NCBI GenBank assembly: GCA_028713285.1
Contig: JAQTOP010000004.1
Location: forward strand, 20,241 to 84,240
DNA: 64,000 nt
Origin: Terrimicrobiaceae bacterium
Lineage (GTDB): Bacteria; Verrucomicrobiota; Verrucomicrobiia; Chthoniobacterales; JAATET01
Direction of reading: 5' to 3'
Shown in pieces: positions 47,486 through 57,063 of this stretch. The notes beneath the pieces are model-generated. The model was not told the DNA's origin, made no database searches, and was given only the letters and a program-made list of their open reading frames with translations. The stretch's first letter is position 1. The number at the start of each line of letters is the position of its first letter. The translations under genes and the position numbers were made by a program.

Positions 47486-48784
47486 TTATGAGCGGCCGAC
47501 GCTGAGGTAGGTGAAGCCGAAGCCTCGCACGCGCTCGGGGTCGAGGAGGTTGCGTCCGTCAAAAATGAGAGGGGTGTGCATGGCGGCCTTGAGTTCCGCC
47601 AGATCGACCGAGTCGAATTCCTTCCACTCCGTCGCGACGATGAGGGCCTCGGCGCCCTGGGCGGCCTCGAGCGGCGAGGAGGCGAGCTTCGCGCCATCGA
47701 TGAGCTTGAACTCGACCGCCTTCTCCATGCCCTTCGGATCGTAGGCCGTGACGTGCGCGCCTTCCTTGAGCAGGTCGTTGATCACATCGACCGCGACCGA
47801 GGTGCGGACGTCGTCGGTGTCGGGCTTGAAGGTGATACCCCAGACCGCGATCTTTTTATCCTTCAGCACCCAGAGGGCCTCGCGAATCTTGGCCAGGAAC
47901 CGGTCGCGCTGGGTGCGGTTGATGCGCTGGACCTCCTTGAGGAGGTTGAAGGGGACGCCGAGCTGGTCGCTGATGGCGATGAAGGCGGCAATGTCCTTCG
48001 GGAAGCACGAGCCGCCGTAGCCGATGCCGGCGTTGAGGAAGTTGCGCCCGATGCGCTTGTCGGAGCCGATGCCGTCGGCGACTTTTTCCACGTCGGCGCC
48101 GCTGGCCTCGCAGACCTGCGCGACGGCGTTGATGTAGGAAATCTTGAGCGCGAGGAAGCTGTTCGCGGCGTGCTTGATGAGCTCGGCGCTGTTGATATCC
48201 GTGACGATGACCGGGGCCATGAACGGCTCATAGACGCGGCGCATGAGGGCGATGGCGCGCTCGCTGTTGCCGCCGATCACGACGCGGTCGGGGTTCATGA
48301 GATCGGGCACGGCGCAGCCTTCGCGGAGGAACTCGGGGTTGCTGACGACGTCGAAGTCGGCGCCGGCCTTGTTGTAGCGGCGGATGGTGTCGGCGACTTT
48401 TTCGCCGGTTTTCACGGGGACAGTACTTTTGTCCACGATGACGCGGTATTCCTTGAGGACGCCGGCGATCTCGCGGGCGACCTTCTCGATGTAGGAGAGA
48501 TCGACGCTGCCGTCGGCCTGCGGCGGCGTGGGGACGGCGATGAAGACGATTTCGGAGCCATCGACGCCCTCCTCGGTGCTGGTGGTGAATTCCAGGCGGC
48601 CGGAGGCGACGTTGCGCTTGACGATTTCCTCGAGGCCGGGCTCGTAGATCGGGATGCCGCCGGCGCGAAGCATTTCGACTTTGCGCGCGTCGTTATCGAC
48701 GCAGATGACGTGATGACCGACTTCCGCGAAGCAGGCGCCCGAGACGAGTCCGACATAGCCGGAACCAATGATGCATAGTTTCAT
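47486..48784 (-). CDS. ugd: UDP-glucose 6-dehydrogenase
   Basis: Motifs IGSGYVGL, PIYEPGL, SNPEFLREG, GYGGSCFPKD, FKPDTDD. Confidence 0.95.
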   Translation of the reverse strand: MKLCIIGSGYVGLVSGACFAEVGHHVICVDNDARKVEMLRAGGIPIYEPGLEEIVKRNVASGRLEFTTSTEEGVDGSEIVFIAVPTPPQADGSVDLSYIEKVAREIAGVLKEYRVIVDKSTVPVKTGEKVADTIRRYNKAGADFDVVSNPEFLREGCAVPDLMNPDRVVIGGNSERAIALMRRVYEPFMAPVIVTDINSAELIKHAANSFLALKISYINAVAQVCEASGADVEKVADGIGSDKRIGRNFLNAGIGYGGSCFPKDIAAFIAISDQLGVPFNLLKEVQRINRTQRDRFLAKIREALWVLKDKKIAVWGITFKPDTDDVRTSVAVDVINDLLKEGAHVTAYDPKGMEKAVEFKLIDGAKLASSPLEAAQGAEALIVATEWKEFDSVDLAELKAAMHTPLIFDGRNLLDPERVRGFGFTYLSVGRS

Positions 48785-48801
48785 GTCTGATTTATGGGAT
48801 T

Positions 48802-51312
48802 TTAATTACTGGAAGGACCCGACGGGCCGCCGAGCGGCGACGTCGCCTGATCGTAGGCGAGCGGCAGCGTGACCTGCGGCGCATCTTTAAGCGTTAATGA
48901 GAGAATAACGCCATAGTTATTATTGCTGCCGTTGAGGTTGGTATTCGTGTTGCCCTTGTTCTGGCGCACCTCGCCGCCGAACGAGACGATCCACGAGGAA
49001 AGGTCGCGGTGGATGAGGTAGCGCTGGAACAGGAGCTGGTCGGTCTCGACTTCGTAGGTCGCCTGGGCGCTGACGCCCCAATTCGACGTGATCTGGTAGT
49101 AGGCGTAACCGGTGATCTGGTTACTGTTGGCAAAGAACGGGTTGTTCTCGAGGTAACGGTCGCCGAACTGGAGGAGCACATCCTTCCATGGCATGAACAG
49201 GATCGAGGTATTGACGTCGGTGAAGCCCTGGTCGGTGACAGGGAGCTGGGCATCCATGGTGAGCGTCGCCCAGTTGACCGGGCGGAATTGCAGGCGGTTC
49301 ACGACGTTCGTCACGGTGCCATTGCCGTTGTCCACGTAGGGATTCTGGAGATCCACGTCAAAGAACGAATCGAGGAGAAACCACTCCCAGTTATCGTCGC
49401 CGCGGCGGGTGGTGAGGCGGTTTCGGATGCCGAGGCGCACGATGTTCCAACTGTCGATTGAGTCAATGGCGACGAACTGCGGGAAGTCGAGCGGGAGCGG
49501 CTCGGTGGCTGGTACGACGCGGTCGAACTGGAGGATGTCGTTGCGGGCGAGGCCGGCATTATAGACATACGAATAGTTTACGTAGGGCTGGACTGTGTGC
49601 AGCACGCCGTCGAGACCGAGGGCGCGGGACTGCACCCACTCGTATTTCCGCGAGAGCTTGAACGAGGCCTCGAGTCCAAAATTCACGATGGGGCGGAAGG
49701 TCGATCCGCCGGAATCCAGCGCCGCGCCTTTGAGCGTGCCGCTCTCGATGGAATTCGCGAGCGCCTCCTGCGCCTGCGCGGCGGCGAGCCGGTTCTGCTC
49801 GCTGTTCGACAGCGCTTCGATCTTCGACTGGAGCTGGGCCTGGGAGACCGGATCGGTGGTCGAGTTCAACTGATTCTGCAGGTCGGAAATCATCGCGGCG
49901 GTCTGCTGGGCGGCGGCGCGATTGTTCTGCGCGAGTGCGCGATCGTGGTTGATCTGCGCGAGCTGCTGGTCGCTCAGCACGCCGATGGTATGGCCCGTCT
50001 TGCTGTAGTAGGTGCCGCGAAGGCCGACCTTCGGGATGATCGAGAGCCAGCCGAAATAGGTGCGCGGATACGAGAACTGATGGAAGGTATCGAAGCGGGT
50101 GGCGTCGTAGTTCGGGAAGATCGAGCCGTCGGGGAAGGCGCGGCGGAGGTAGCCGACGGAGTTTTGTCCGTCGTAGTAAATCGGCGAATCGAAGAGGCGG
50201 TGCTGCTTGAAGTTCAGCACCAGCTCGGGCAGGCGCTCGGTGGTCTCGAAGAAGTCGTTCATCTGGAACCGGGTGAGGAGCGTGAGCGTGTAGAACTCGT
50301 CCCATTTCGTGAGGGAGAGGTAGTTATCCGGCTGGGGGTCGTTCGTGAACTCGGCCGGAAAATAATCCTGCAGAAAGCTGAAGTCGCTAAGCTTGTTGAG
50401 GTCGGCGGTAAAGAAAATGTCGTCCGTGAGAAACAGGCGGTCCTGGAAGGTCACGCGGTAGCGATCATGGTCATCCGGCGCGGCGAGATGCCCGGGGGAA
50501 AGGAGATAATTGGGATCGGTGTCGTAGGCGTAATAGGTCTTCAACAGGCCGTAGCTGCGGTCGTCCTTTCCGAACTGCCATTTCGCGTCGAGGCCGATGG
50601 CGTAGCCGAGCTTCGTGCGGTAGTCGGATTTCGCGGTCGCGATAATGTTGCCGCCGCTGCCGACCGGGAAGTTGTAGCCGGTGAGCAGGAAGTAACCCCA
50701 GGTCGATTCGTAACCGGGGCGCAGCTCGAAGCCGGTGTTGTTCGTGAATGCGAAGAGATACGGGAACCAGAAGACGGGGAGCTGGCCGATGTAGAGCGTG
50801 CTATTCGAGAAGATGACCCGGTCGTCGGGATAGATGCGCACGGATCGCGCGCGAATGTGGAAGCTCGGCTCGGAGGAGTCGTCGGTGGTGAGCTCGGCAT
50901 TGCGCACGTTGAACTGGTGCAACGACGGAGCCTGGATGCTCATCGCGCGGAACTTGAGCGGCGTGTATTGGCCCTTGAACTCGAGCGCGCGGATTTGCTT
51001 GCTCTCGAGATTGTAAAGGGCGCGCTGGCCGGTGAAGACGTTGTCCTTCGAATAGATGCGGACGTCGCCGATGAGCAGCACCTCGCGGGTGTCGGGATTA
51101 TACTCCGCGTAGTCGCTGTAGATGCTGACGTCCTGGTAATGAATCTGGACGCCGTTCTCGGCGATGGCGACGCCGTTCTCGAAGCGGGTCTCGCCCTGCA
51201 CCGGATCCGTCGTGATGTCCACGGGCACGTCGCCGAAGTTGCCAAATTGCGCCCGGCCGCTCACCGGCAGCAACAACGCAAAAATGGGGATCCACCACAA
51301 CGACTTCCTCAT
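48802..51312 (-). CDS. lptD: LPS assembly outer-membrane protein LptD
   Basis: Signal peptide MRKSLWW; OstA-like N-terminus (YSDYAEYNPDTREV); LPVFWFPY; ERLPEL; aromatic beta-barrel body. Confidence 0.85.
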   Translation of the reverse strand: MRKSLWWIPIFALLLPVSGRAQFGNFGDVPVDITTDPVQGETRFENGVAIAENGVQIHYQDVSIYSDYAEYNPDTREVLLIGDVRIYSKDNVFTGQRALYNLESKQIRALEFKGQYTPLKFRAMSIQAPSLHQFNVRNAELTTDDSSEPSFHIRARSVRIYPDDRVIFSNSTLYIGQLPVFWFPYLFAFTNNTGFELRPGYESTWGYFLLTGYNFPVGSGGNIIATAKSDYRTKLGYAIGLDAKWQFGKDDRSYGLLKTYYAYDTDPNYLLSPGHLAAPDDHDRYRVTFQDRLFLTDDIFFTADLNKLSDFSFLQDYFPAEFTNDPQPDNYLSLTKWDEFYTLTLLTRFQMNDFFETTERLPELVLNFKQHRLFDSPIYYDGQNSVGYLRRAFPDGSIFPNYDATRFDTFHQFSYPRTYFGWLSIIPKVGLRGTYYSKTGHTIGVLSDQQLAQINHDRALAQNNRAAAQQTAAMISDLQNQLNSTTDPVSQAQLQSKIEALSNSEQNRLAAAQAQEALANSIESGTLKGAALDSGGSTFRPIVNFGLEASFKLSRKYEWVQSRALGLDGVLHTVQPYVNYSYVYNAGLARNDILQFDRVVPATEPLPLDFPQFVAIDSIDSWNIVRLGIRNRLTTRRGDDNWEWFLLDSFFDVDLQNPYVDNGNGTVTNVVNRLQFRPVNWATLTMDAQLPVTDQGFTDVNTSILFMPWKDVLLQFGDRYLENNPFFANSNQITGYAYYQITSNWGVSAQATYEVETDQLLFQRYLIHRDLSSWIVSFGGEVRQNKGNTNTNLNGSNNNYGVILSLTLKDAPQVTLPLAYDQATSPLGGPSGPSSN

Positions 51313-51443
51313 GCAGATTCGCGAGGCTAGAGAGGGGCGCAAGGCGTTCAAGGAAAAAGGCTGCGGCACGACGCGGAATGCGCGCCGGACGCCGGCGCGC
51401 ACCGTGGATGCCGTTTCGACTCTTCGACGCGGGAACTCTTCAA

Positions 51444-52418
51444 CTAGTCTCCGTAGCCGGTGGGATTCTTCACGTGCCAGGCCCACGCGCTCTCGATGAT
51501 GCGGCGGATATCCTGGTGCTTCGGGGTCCAGCCGAGTTCGTTGCGAATCCTGTCCGAGGCGGCGATGAGGCGCGGCGGGTCGCCGGGACGGCGCGGACGC
51601 TCGATGACGGGGATGTCGCGACCGGTGACGGCGCGGCAGGTGTCGATGATCTCCTTCACGGAGGTGCCGCCACCCGTGCCAAGATTGTAATAGGTGCTCT
51701 CCCGGGCCTCGAGCGCAAGCATGTGCGCCTTCGCCAGATCGAGGATGTGGATGTAGTCGCGGATGCACGTCCCGTCGGGCGTCTCGTAGTCCGTGCCATA
51801 AATCTCGGCGGCCTGTTTCTGGCCCAGCGCGACTTTCAATACGTTCGGAATAAGATGGGTCTCGACGCGGTGATCCTCGCCGAATTGCTCGCTTGCGCCG
51901 GCGGCGTTGAAGTAGCGCAGGGCGACGAATTTGAGGCCGTGGATTTCGCCATACCAACGGAGGATTTTTTCGAAGAGCAGCTTCGACTCGCCGTAGGGAT
52001 TGATCGGGCGCTGCGGCACCGTCTCGTCGATCGGCACGCGCTCGGGCACGCCGAACGTCGCGCACGTCGAGGAAAAGACGAGCCGCTTCACGCCGGATTC
52101 GTGCATGGCCTGGAGCAGGTTCAGGCCGTTGCAGACATTGTTGCGGAAGTATTTCTCGGGCTTCGTCATCGACTCACCCACGAGCGCGTTCGCCGCGAAG
52201 TGCATCACCGCGTCGGGTTTGAACTCCGCCAGCGCGAGCTTGATCACGGGGGCATCGGCGAGGTCGCCCTGGAAGAACCGGGCCCGCATGTCCACGGCCT
52301 TCCGGTGGCCCTCGGTGAGATTGTCAAAGACGCCGACTCGGTGGCCGGCATTTAGAAGCTCCTCGACGCAGATGCTGCCGATGTAGCCCGCGCCGCCAAT
52401 AACCAGGATTCTGCTCAT
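51444..52418 (-). CDS. galE: UDP-glucose 4-epimerase
   Basis: Motifs GGAGYIGS, NPYGESK, LRYFNAAGA, DGTCIRDYIH. Confidence 0.96.
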   Translation of the reverse strand: MSRILVIGGAGYIGSICVEELLNAGHRVGVFDNLTEGHRKAVDMRARFFQGDLADAPVIKLALAEFKPDAVMHFAANALVGESMTKPEKYFRNNVCNGLNLLQAMHESGVKRLVFSSTCATFGVPERVPIDETVPQRPINPYGESKLLFEKILRWYGEIHGLKFVALRYFNAAGASEQFGEDHRVETHLIPNVLKVALGQKQAAEIYGTDYETPDGTCIRDYIHILDLAKAHMLALEARESTYYNLGTGGGTSVKEIIDTCRAVTGRDIPVIERPRRPGDPPRLIAASDRIRNELGWTPKHQDIRRIIESAWAWHVKNPTGYGD

Positions 52419-52488
52419 GCGCGGCACAGCATAGGCGAGGCGGAATCCCGTGCAAGCGCGACTTGGGGCGCCAGCGGGTTGCTCCGCA

Positions 52489-52986
52489 TCAAGCGGATTC
52501 CTGATCCTGCAGCGACTGCACCATCTCGCGAATGTGGCGCATCTTCCCGCGCTCCCGGAGGATGCGCAGGCTGCGACCGGGCGAGCCCCATTCGAGGATC
52601 TCGATGGTCACGTGGCGCACGCCCCAGCGATCCACCTGGGCGTCCGTGGTCTTGTAGAGGTCGATCGTTCCCGTCCCCACGAGCGCGCTTCCGTAGTCAT
52701 CGACGATGTATTGCTGGCCCGTCTCGACGACGCGAAACCGCGTGCCGACCGGGTAGCGGGACCAATCGGCCGCCGCGCTCGTGACGACGCCGGACTTGAG
52801 CGGACGGCCCAGGGCGTTCTTGCAGCCGTAGGGGCCGTTGTCCTCCGCGCAACCGGAATACGCCGTGGTTTTCACGCCCTCGATGCGGGGGCCGTGCATC
52901 TCGGCGTCGGCCAGCCGCGAGGCCGCACAGGCCCAGGCAGTGGCAATCAGGAATCCGGTGGCGACAGTGGCTTTTCGTTTTCTCAT
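52489..52986 (-). CDS. 3D-domain (MltA-like) secreted protein
   Basis: Motifs TTAY, AADWSRYPVGT, VDDYG, IDLY, WGVR. Confidence 0.85.
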   Translation of the reverse strand: MRKRKATVATGFLIATAWACAASRLADAEMHGPRIEGVKTTAYSGCAEDNGPYGCKNALGRPLKSGVVTSAAADWSRYPVGTRFRVVETGQQYIVDDYGSALVGTGTIDLYKTTDAQVDRWGVRHVTIEILEWGSPGRSLRILRERGKMRHIREMVQSLQDQESA

Positions 52987-53227
52987 TCGTATTTTAGCTT
53001 TGCGTCCCCGGTTTCGGGGAGCGCGGACCCTACGCGCCATCTCCGGTGACGCAACCCTCTTTTTCCGGACGCTGCGCCGGGACAGACGGAAAAATATGGC
53101 GATTAACGGTGTAAAACCGCGCGATCCTCGTCGCAAACAAACGGATGGGAATTTCCGTTTACGCGCCCAGGGAACGCGATACTTGTTACCGCTTCCGTTA
53201 GTCGTATCGACGGATTCCCACCCCAAG

Positions 53228-53266
53228 GAGCGGCACGGAACTTCCGGTTCCGTGCCGTTCTTTTTT
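53228..53266 (+). terminator. Rho-independent terminator
   Basis: 14-bp stem GAGCGGCACGGAAC / GTTCCGTGCCGTTC (one G-U pair), 5-nt loop, then T6. Confidence 0.85.
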
Positions 53267-53344
53267 ATCGAAAATCAAACGGTGGGACTTCAGGCGTCGC
53301 GCTTCGCGTTCGGACTGGGCCTGCGCCTCCGGCCCCGGCCTGCG

Positions 53345-54103
53345 CTAAAATCCGTGCTTCCGAACCGCGGCGCGCAGCCGCTCCCGCTCGGCCCGCAGAA
53401 CCTTCCTCTCGGCCGGCCGCAACCCGCGCACGGCATCGAGCACGAGCGTCAAATCGTGCTCCGCGCCGAGCAGCGCGCTCAGTTTTGCGGCGGGCCGGCG
53501 GGCAGCCGCGATGGTCGTGTCGAGCCGGCCAAGGGCCGCGCTCTGATACCAAAGATCCTTCGCACGCATGCGCCAGCTATGGAAATCCTGCGCATCCGCC
53601 GTCCTGGCCGCCGCTTTCGCGGCCACACGCATCCGGTGCGCCGTCCGCTCCCAGCGATGCTTCAATGTTTCTGCATCGAGGCCGTCCATTTCGAGCGATT
53701 CCGTGAGGGCGGTCAACTCGACGGCGGCGAGACGCATCGCCTCGGGCGCGCATGTTTCGGCCGCCACCTGCGGACAATGCAGGCCGAGCCGCTCCGTCGA
53801 TTCCGGGCCGAGCACGCGCCGCACGGTTTCAAAAATGGCGGTCTCATCGCGCGAGCCGGCGAGCCCGTCCTTCAATCCGCGCACCCGCTCGAGCAGAGCC
53901 CGGCGCAGTCGCCCGCCGGAGCCGTTGCGGACGAGGCGCAGAAGGGAGCGGTATTTCTTCATCCCCGTGCGAAGCCGGTGAATGCGCTTCTCCGGCCCGT
54001 CCGCAATCCGTTCGACATCGCGCCGCGCCTGCCGCGCGAGCGAGAGCAGCACCGCACGCAGTCCGTCGCCCGGCGGCATTTTCGAGGGGAGACAAAGGCT
54101 CAC
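53345..54103 (-). CDS. CHAD domain (polyphosphate-binding) protein
   Basis: Motifs IHRLRTGMKKYRSLLRL, FHSWRMRAKDLWY, LLGAEHDL. Confidence 0.87.
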   Translation of the reverse strand: MSLCLPSKMPPGDGLRAVLLSLARQARRDVERIADGPEKRIHRLRTGMKKYRSLLRLVRNGSGGRLRRALLERVRGLKDGLAGSRDETAIFETVRRVLGPESTERLGLHCPQVAAETCAPEAMRLAAVELTALTESLEMDGLDAETLKHRWERTAHRMRVAAKAAARTADAQDFHSWRMRAKDLWYQSAALGRLDTTIAAARRPAAKLSALLGAEHDLTLVLDAVRGLRPAERKVLRAERERLRAAVRKHGF

Positions 54104-54231
54104 GCGGGAATCCTAGGCGCTGCGCCCGCTCTTTCCAATGCTGCGAGCGACCGCGTGCGATGTCGGTGCGATCCACCTTCGGGAAAATCCTTCCTCTTCC
54201 ATTTCCAAGCGCTCCTTATACATTCGACTCC

Positions 54232-54939
54232 ATGACCAGTTCCTCCCCGTCGCGCTGCCCGGAAATCTCTCCTTCGCTGATGTGCGCAAATCAGGGAAAT
54301 CTTCGCCAGGACGTGATCGAACTGGATCGCGCCGGCGTGGATTCATTCCATTTCGACATCATGGACGGCAATTTCGTGCCGAATTTCGCCATGAGTCCCG
54401 ACATGATGAAAGCGGTGCGCGGAGCGACGCGGAAGCCATTCGATGCGCACCTCATGATGCTGCATCCCGAGCGCTACATCGCGCGCTTCGCCGACTGCGG
54501 AGCCGACTCGATCACAGTTCACGCCGAGGCGGCCGAGGATCTCGGCGCGATCCTGCGGCAGATCCGGGAATTGAACCGGAAATCGGGCGTGGCCATCAAT
54601 CCGGGCACGCCCGTGTCGGCGCTGGAGCCGTTCATCCACGACGTGGATCTTGTCTGTGTGATGTCGGTGGAGCCTGGCTTCGCCGGCCAGAAATTCATCG
54701 AATCGGTCCTGCCGAAAATCGATCAGCTGGCCTCATTAATCTCGGAGACCGGAGCCTCGGCGGGAATCCAGGTGGACGGCAACATCAGTTTGGAACGCAT
54801 TCCCGATTTGGTCCGCCGGGGCGCCTCGATGTTCGTCGGTGGAACGTCCGCCATCTTTCTTTCCGATGCAAATCTCACCGAGGCTGTCCGCCGGGTCCGC
54901 GCATTGTTTGCATCCCTGACCCTTCCGAATTGCCGATGA
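54232..54939 (+). CDS. Ribulose-phosphate 3-epimerase family paralog (Rpe/AlsE-like)
   Basis: Motifs SPSLMCAN, HFDIMDGNFVPN, MSVEPGFAGQKF, QVDGN. Confidence 0.88.
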   Translation: MTSSSPSRCPEISPSLMCANQGNLRQDVIELDRAGVDSFHFDIMDGNFVPNFAMSPDMMKAVRGATRKPFDAHLMMLHPERYIARFADCGADSITVHAEAAEDLGAILRQIRELNRKSGVAINPGTPVSALEPFIHDVDLVCVMSVEPGFAGQKFIESVLPKIDQLASLISETGASAGIQVDGNISLERIPDLVRRGASMFVGGTSAIFLSDANLTEAVRRVRALFASLTLPNCR

Positions 54940-55853
54940 AAGTCGCGATCGTCGGCAGCATCATGGTGGACCTGGTGACGCGCTGCCAGCGTTACCCCGA
55001 GCGGGGCGAAACGCTATCCGCCGAAGCTTTCACCATCGTGTCGGGCGGAAAGGGCGCCAACCAGGCAGTCGCCTGCGCAAAAATGGGCTGCGAGGCGACG
55101 CTGATCGGCGCAGTCGGCGCGGATCCTTTCGCTGAAATCGCGCTCGGCCTGCTGGGGGGCTTCGGGGTGAACGTAAGGCATATCTTTCACTCGGCGGCCT
55201 CGGCGACGGGAACCGCGTCGATCGTAATCGATGGCACGTCGGAAAATACCATTCTCGTCGCGCGAGGCGCCAACAACGACCTGAGCGTTGGCCACCTCGA
55301 TCGTTGCGCAGAGGCAATCTCCAAATCCGACGCCCTGCTCGTACAGCTCGAAATTCATCTGCCTGTCGTCGAGCGGGCGATGCAGATCGCTCACGAAGCA
55401 GGCATTCCCATTCTTCTCGACCCCGCCCCCGCGCAACAGATACCCGACCGCTTTCTCGCGCTCGCCGATTTTGTCACCCCGAATGCGCAGGAGGCAAAAA
55501 CGCTGACGAAAGTGGAGCCCATCGATCTTGCGACCGCAAGGCAAGCCGCCGCGATCCTGCACGGGCGCGGCGCCCGGCAGGTCGTCATCAAGCGGGGCCC
55601 GGCAGGCTGCCTGGTCTCGACCGGCGTCCGGGAGGAGGTCGTCGAGGGAATTGCCGTGCTGCCCGTCGATACCGTCGGAGCGGGCGATTGTTTCGCAGGC
55701 GCCCTGATCGCCCGCTGGTTGGAAACCCGCGATCTTGTCGAGGCCTGCCGCTTCGCCAACGCAGCCGCTTCGCTCAAAGTGCAGCGACCCGGCGCACAAT
55801 CGGGAATCCCCTCGCGCGAGGAAGTGGATGCCCACTCGCAATCCCCATCCTGA
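54936..55853 (+). CDS. rbsK: Ribokinase-family sugar kinase
   Basis: Motifs GGKGANQAVA, LDPAPA, DTVGAGDCF; ATGA overlap with the epimerase. Confidence 0.88.
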   Translation: MKVAIVGSIMVDLVTRCQRYPERGETLSAEAFTIVSGGKGANQAVACAKMGCEATLIGAVGADPFAEIALGLLGGFGVNVRHIFHSAASATGTASIVIDGTSENTILVARGANNDLSVGHLDRCAEAISKSDALLVQLEIHLPVVERAMQIAHEAGIPILLDPAPAQQIPDRFLALADFVTPNAQEAKTLTKVEPIDLATARQAAAILHGRGARQVVIKRGPAGCLVSTGVREEVVEGIAVLPVDTVGAGDCFAGALIARWLETRDLVEACRFANAAASLKVQRPGAQSGIPSREEVDAHSQSPS

Positions 55854-55865
55854 ACGAACGGCAGC

Positions 55866-57053
55866 CTAGGATAAGGCCTTTTCCCATTCGCGCATGGCGA
55901 TGCCCTTGATTCGCTCCTCCCTCGAAGGAATCGGCGGCAAGGGCGTGTCCATCACCTTTTGATACCAGTAGGCCACGGAACAATAGTCGTCGGACCGGTC
56001 GTAGAGCCAGTCGCTCATTCCGGGATGCACGTGCGGGCCGACCCATCCATACCTTGCGTAGGCCTCCTGCAAGGCCTTGGTGTCGTGTGCACCCCCATCC
56101 TTGTTCACGCCATGAGCTCCCAGAAAGTCGGCGCTGGGAGCACCGAGTTGCTGCAACTCGACGCGCAAATCCGACTCGAAGTAAATCGGGTCGAGCGCGT
56201 GGATGCGATAGAAGGACACAAGCTGGTCCCATTTGGTTTCGGGGTCCGTCTGGAAGTAATTGACTCCGGTATAAAGCGCTTCGTGCGGCGTCATGCCCCA
56301 ACTCGAACAAAGATAATCCTCCGCCCCGGTGCCGCTGATCGTGGGATAGGTGGTATCTCCGTCGATGTAGAATTTCATTTCTCCCTCGCCCCACCAGTTG
56401 GGGGAAAGGATGTTGACGCCGATCACCGCTCCCACGAAAACTCCCGGCGATCCCTTGGTGTCCAGCAGCACGTAGTCCTCGCCGACGGGACACGGATTCT
56501 GACGGCGGAAATGGGCGTGGAACCGTCCCATTGCATCGGTGATTTCATCTCCCAGCGTGTAATCCACCTGGTAAAAAAACATTCCCAGCACCTCCGGAGA
56601 ATCGTTCTCGAGCGTCATGCGGCAGCGCCGGCTGAACGGCATCGGGAAATAGCATTGAAAACCGCGTCCTTCCGGCATGCCGAGATAGGGAGTCATGAAA
56701 TGCGCCGTCCGGCCGTGGGCGATTCCAAAAAAGTCGGACAGTGGGCATTCAACCGAAGGGTGCGGGGAATCATCCCAGTAAATTCTCAGGACGTAGCTGC
56801 GCAGCAATTCCGGAGTTCGGCCGGCGGGGCTGCCGATCCAGATATGACGGACCATTCCCGGGCCTTCGATATCGCACAAGAGCACCGTCGCGCCCGGCGG
56901 GATGTTGCGAATGCATGGGGCGCCCTTTCGGCAATTGCCGTTACCCCGCCCCTTCCCCGCCAGCCCCTTGCCGCCTGTCGGGTTTTCCTGCGTAACCGAG
57001 CGGGATTGAAGTTTGCTGAACGCGAACAGGGAGGGAAATCTCGGAGAAGTCAT
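55866..57053 (-). CDS. GH172 (DUF2961) glycoside hydrolase
   Basis: Motifs ENPTGGKG, GPGMVRHIW, PSVECPLSDFFG, WWGEGEMKFYIDGD, GTGAEDY, DDYCSVAYWYQ. Confidence 0.88.
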   Translation of the reverse strand: MTSPRFPSLFAFSKLQSRSVTQENPTGGKGLAGKGRGNGNCRKGAPCIRNIPPGATVLLCDIEGPGMVRHIWIGSPAGRTPELLRSYVLRIYWDDSPHPSVECPLSDFFGIAHGRTAHFMTPYLGMPEGRGFQCYFPMPFSRRCRMTLENDSPEVLGMFFYQVDYTLGDEITDAMGRFHAHFRRQNPCPVGEDYVLLDTKGSPGVFVGAVIGVNILSPNWWGEGEMKFYIDGDTTYPTISGTGAEDYLCSSWGMTPHEALYTGVNYFQTDPETKWDQLVSFYRIHALDPIYFESDLRVELQQLGAPSADFLGAHGVNKDGGAHDTKALQEAYARYGWVGPHVHPGMSDWLYDRSDDYCSVAYWYQKVMDTPLPPIPSREERIKGIAMREWEKALS

Positions 57054-57063
57054 CGCGCGATAA

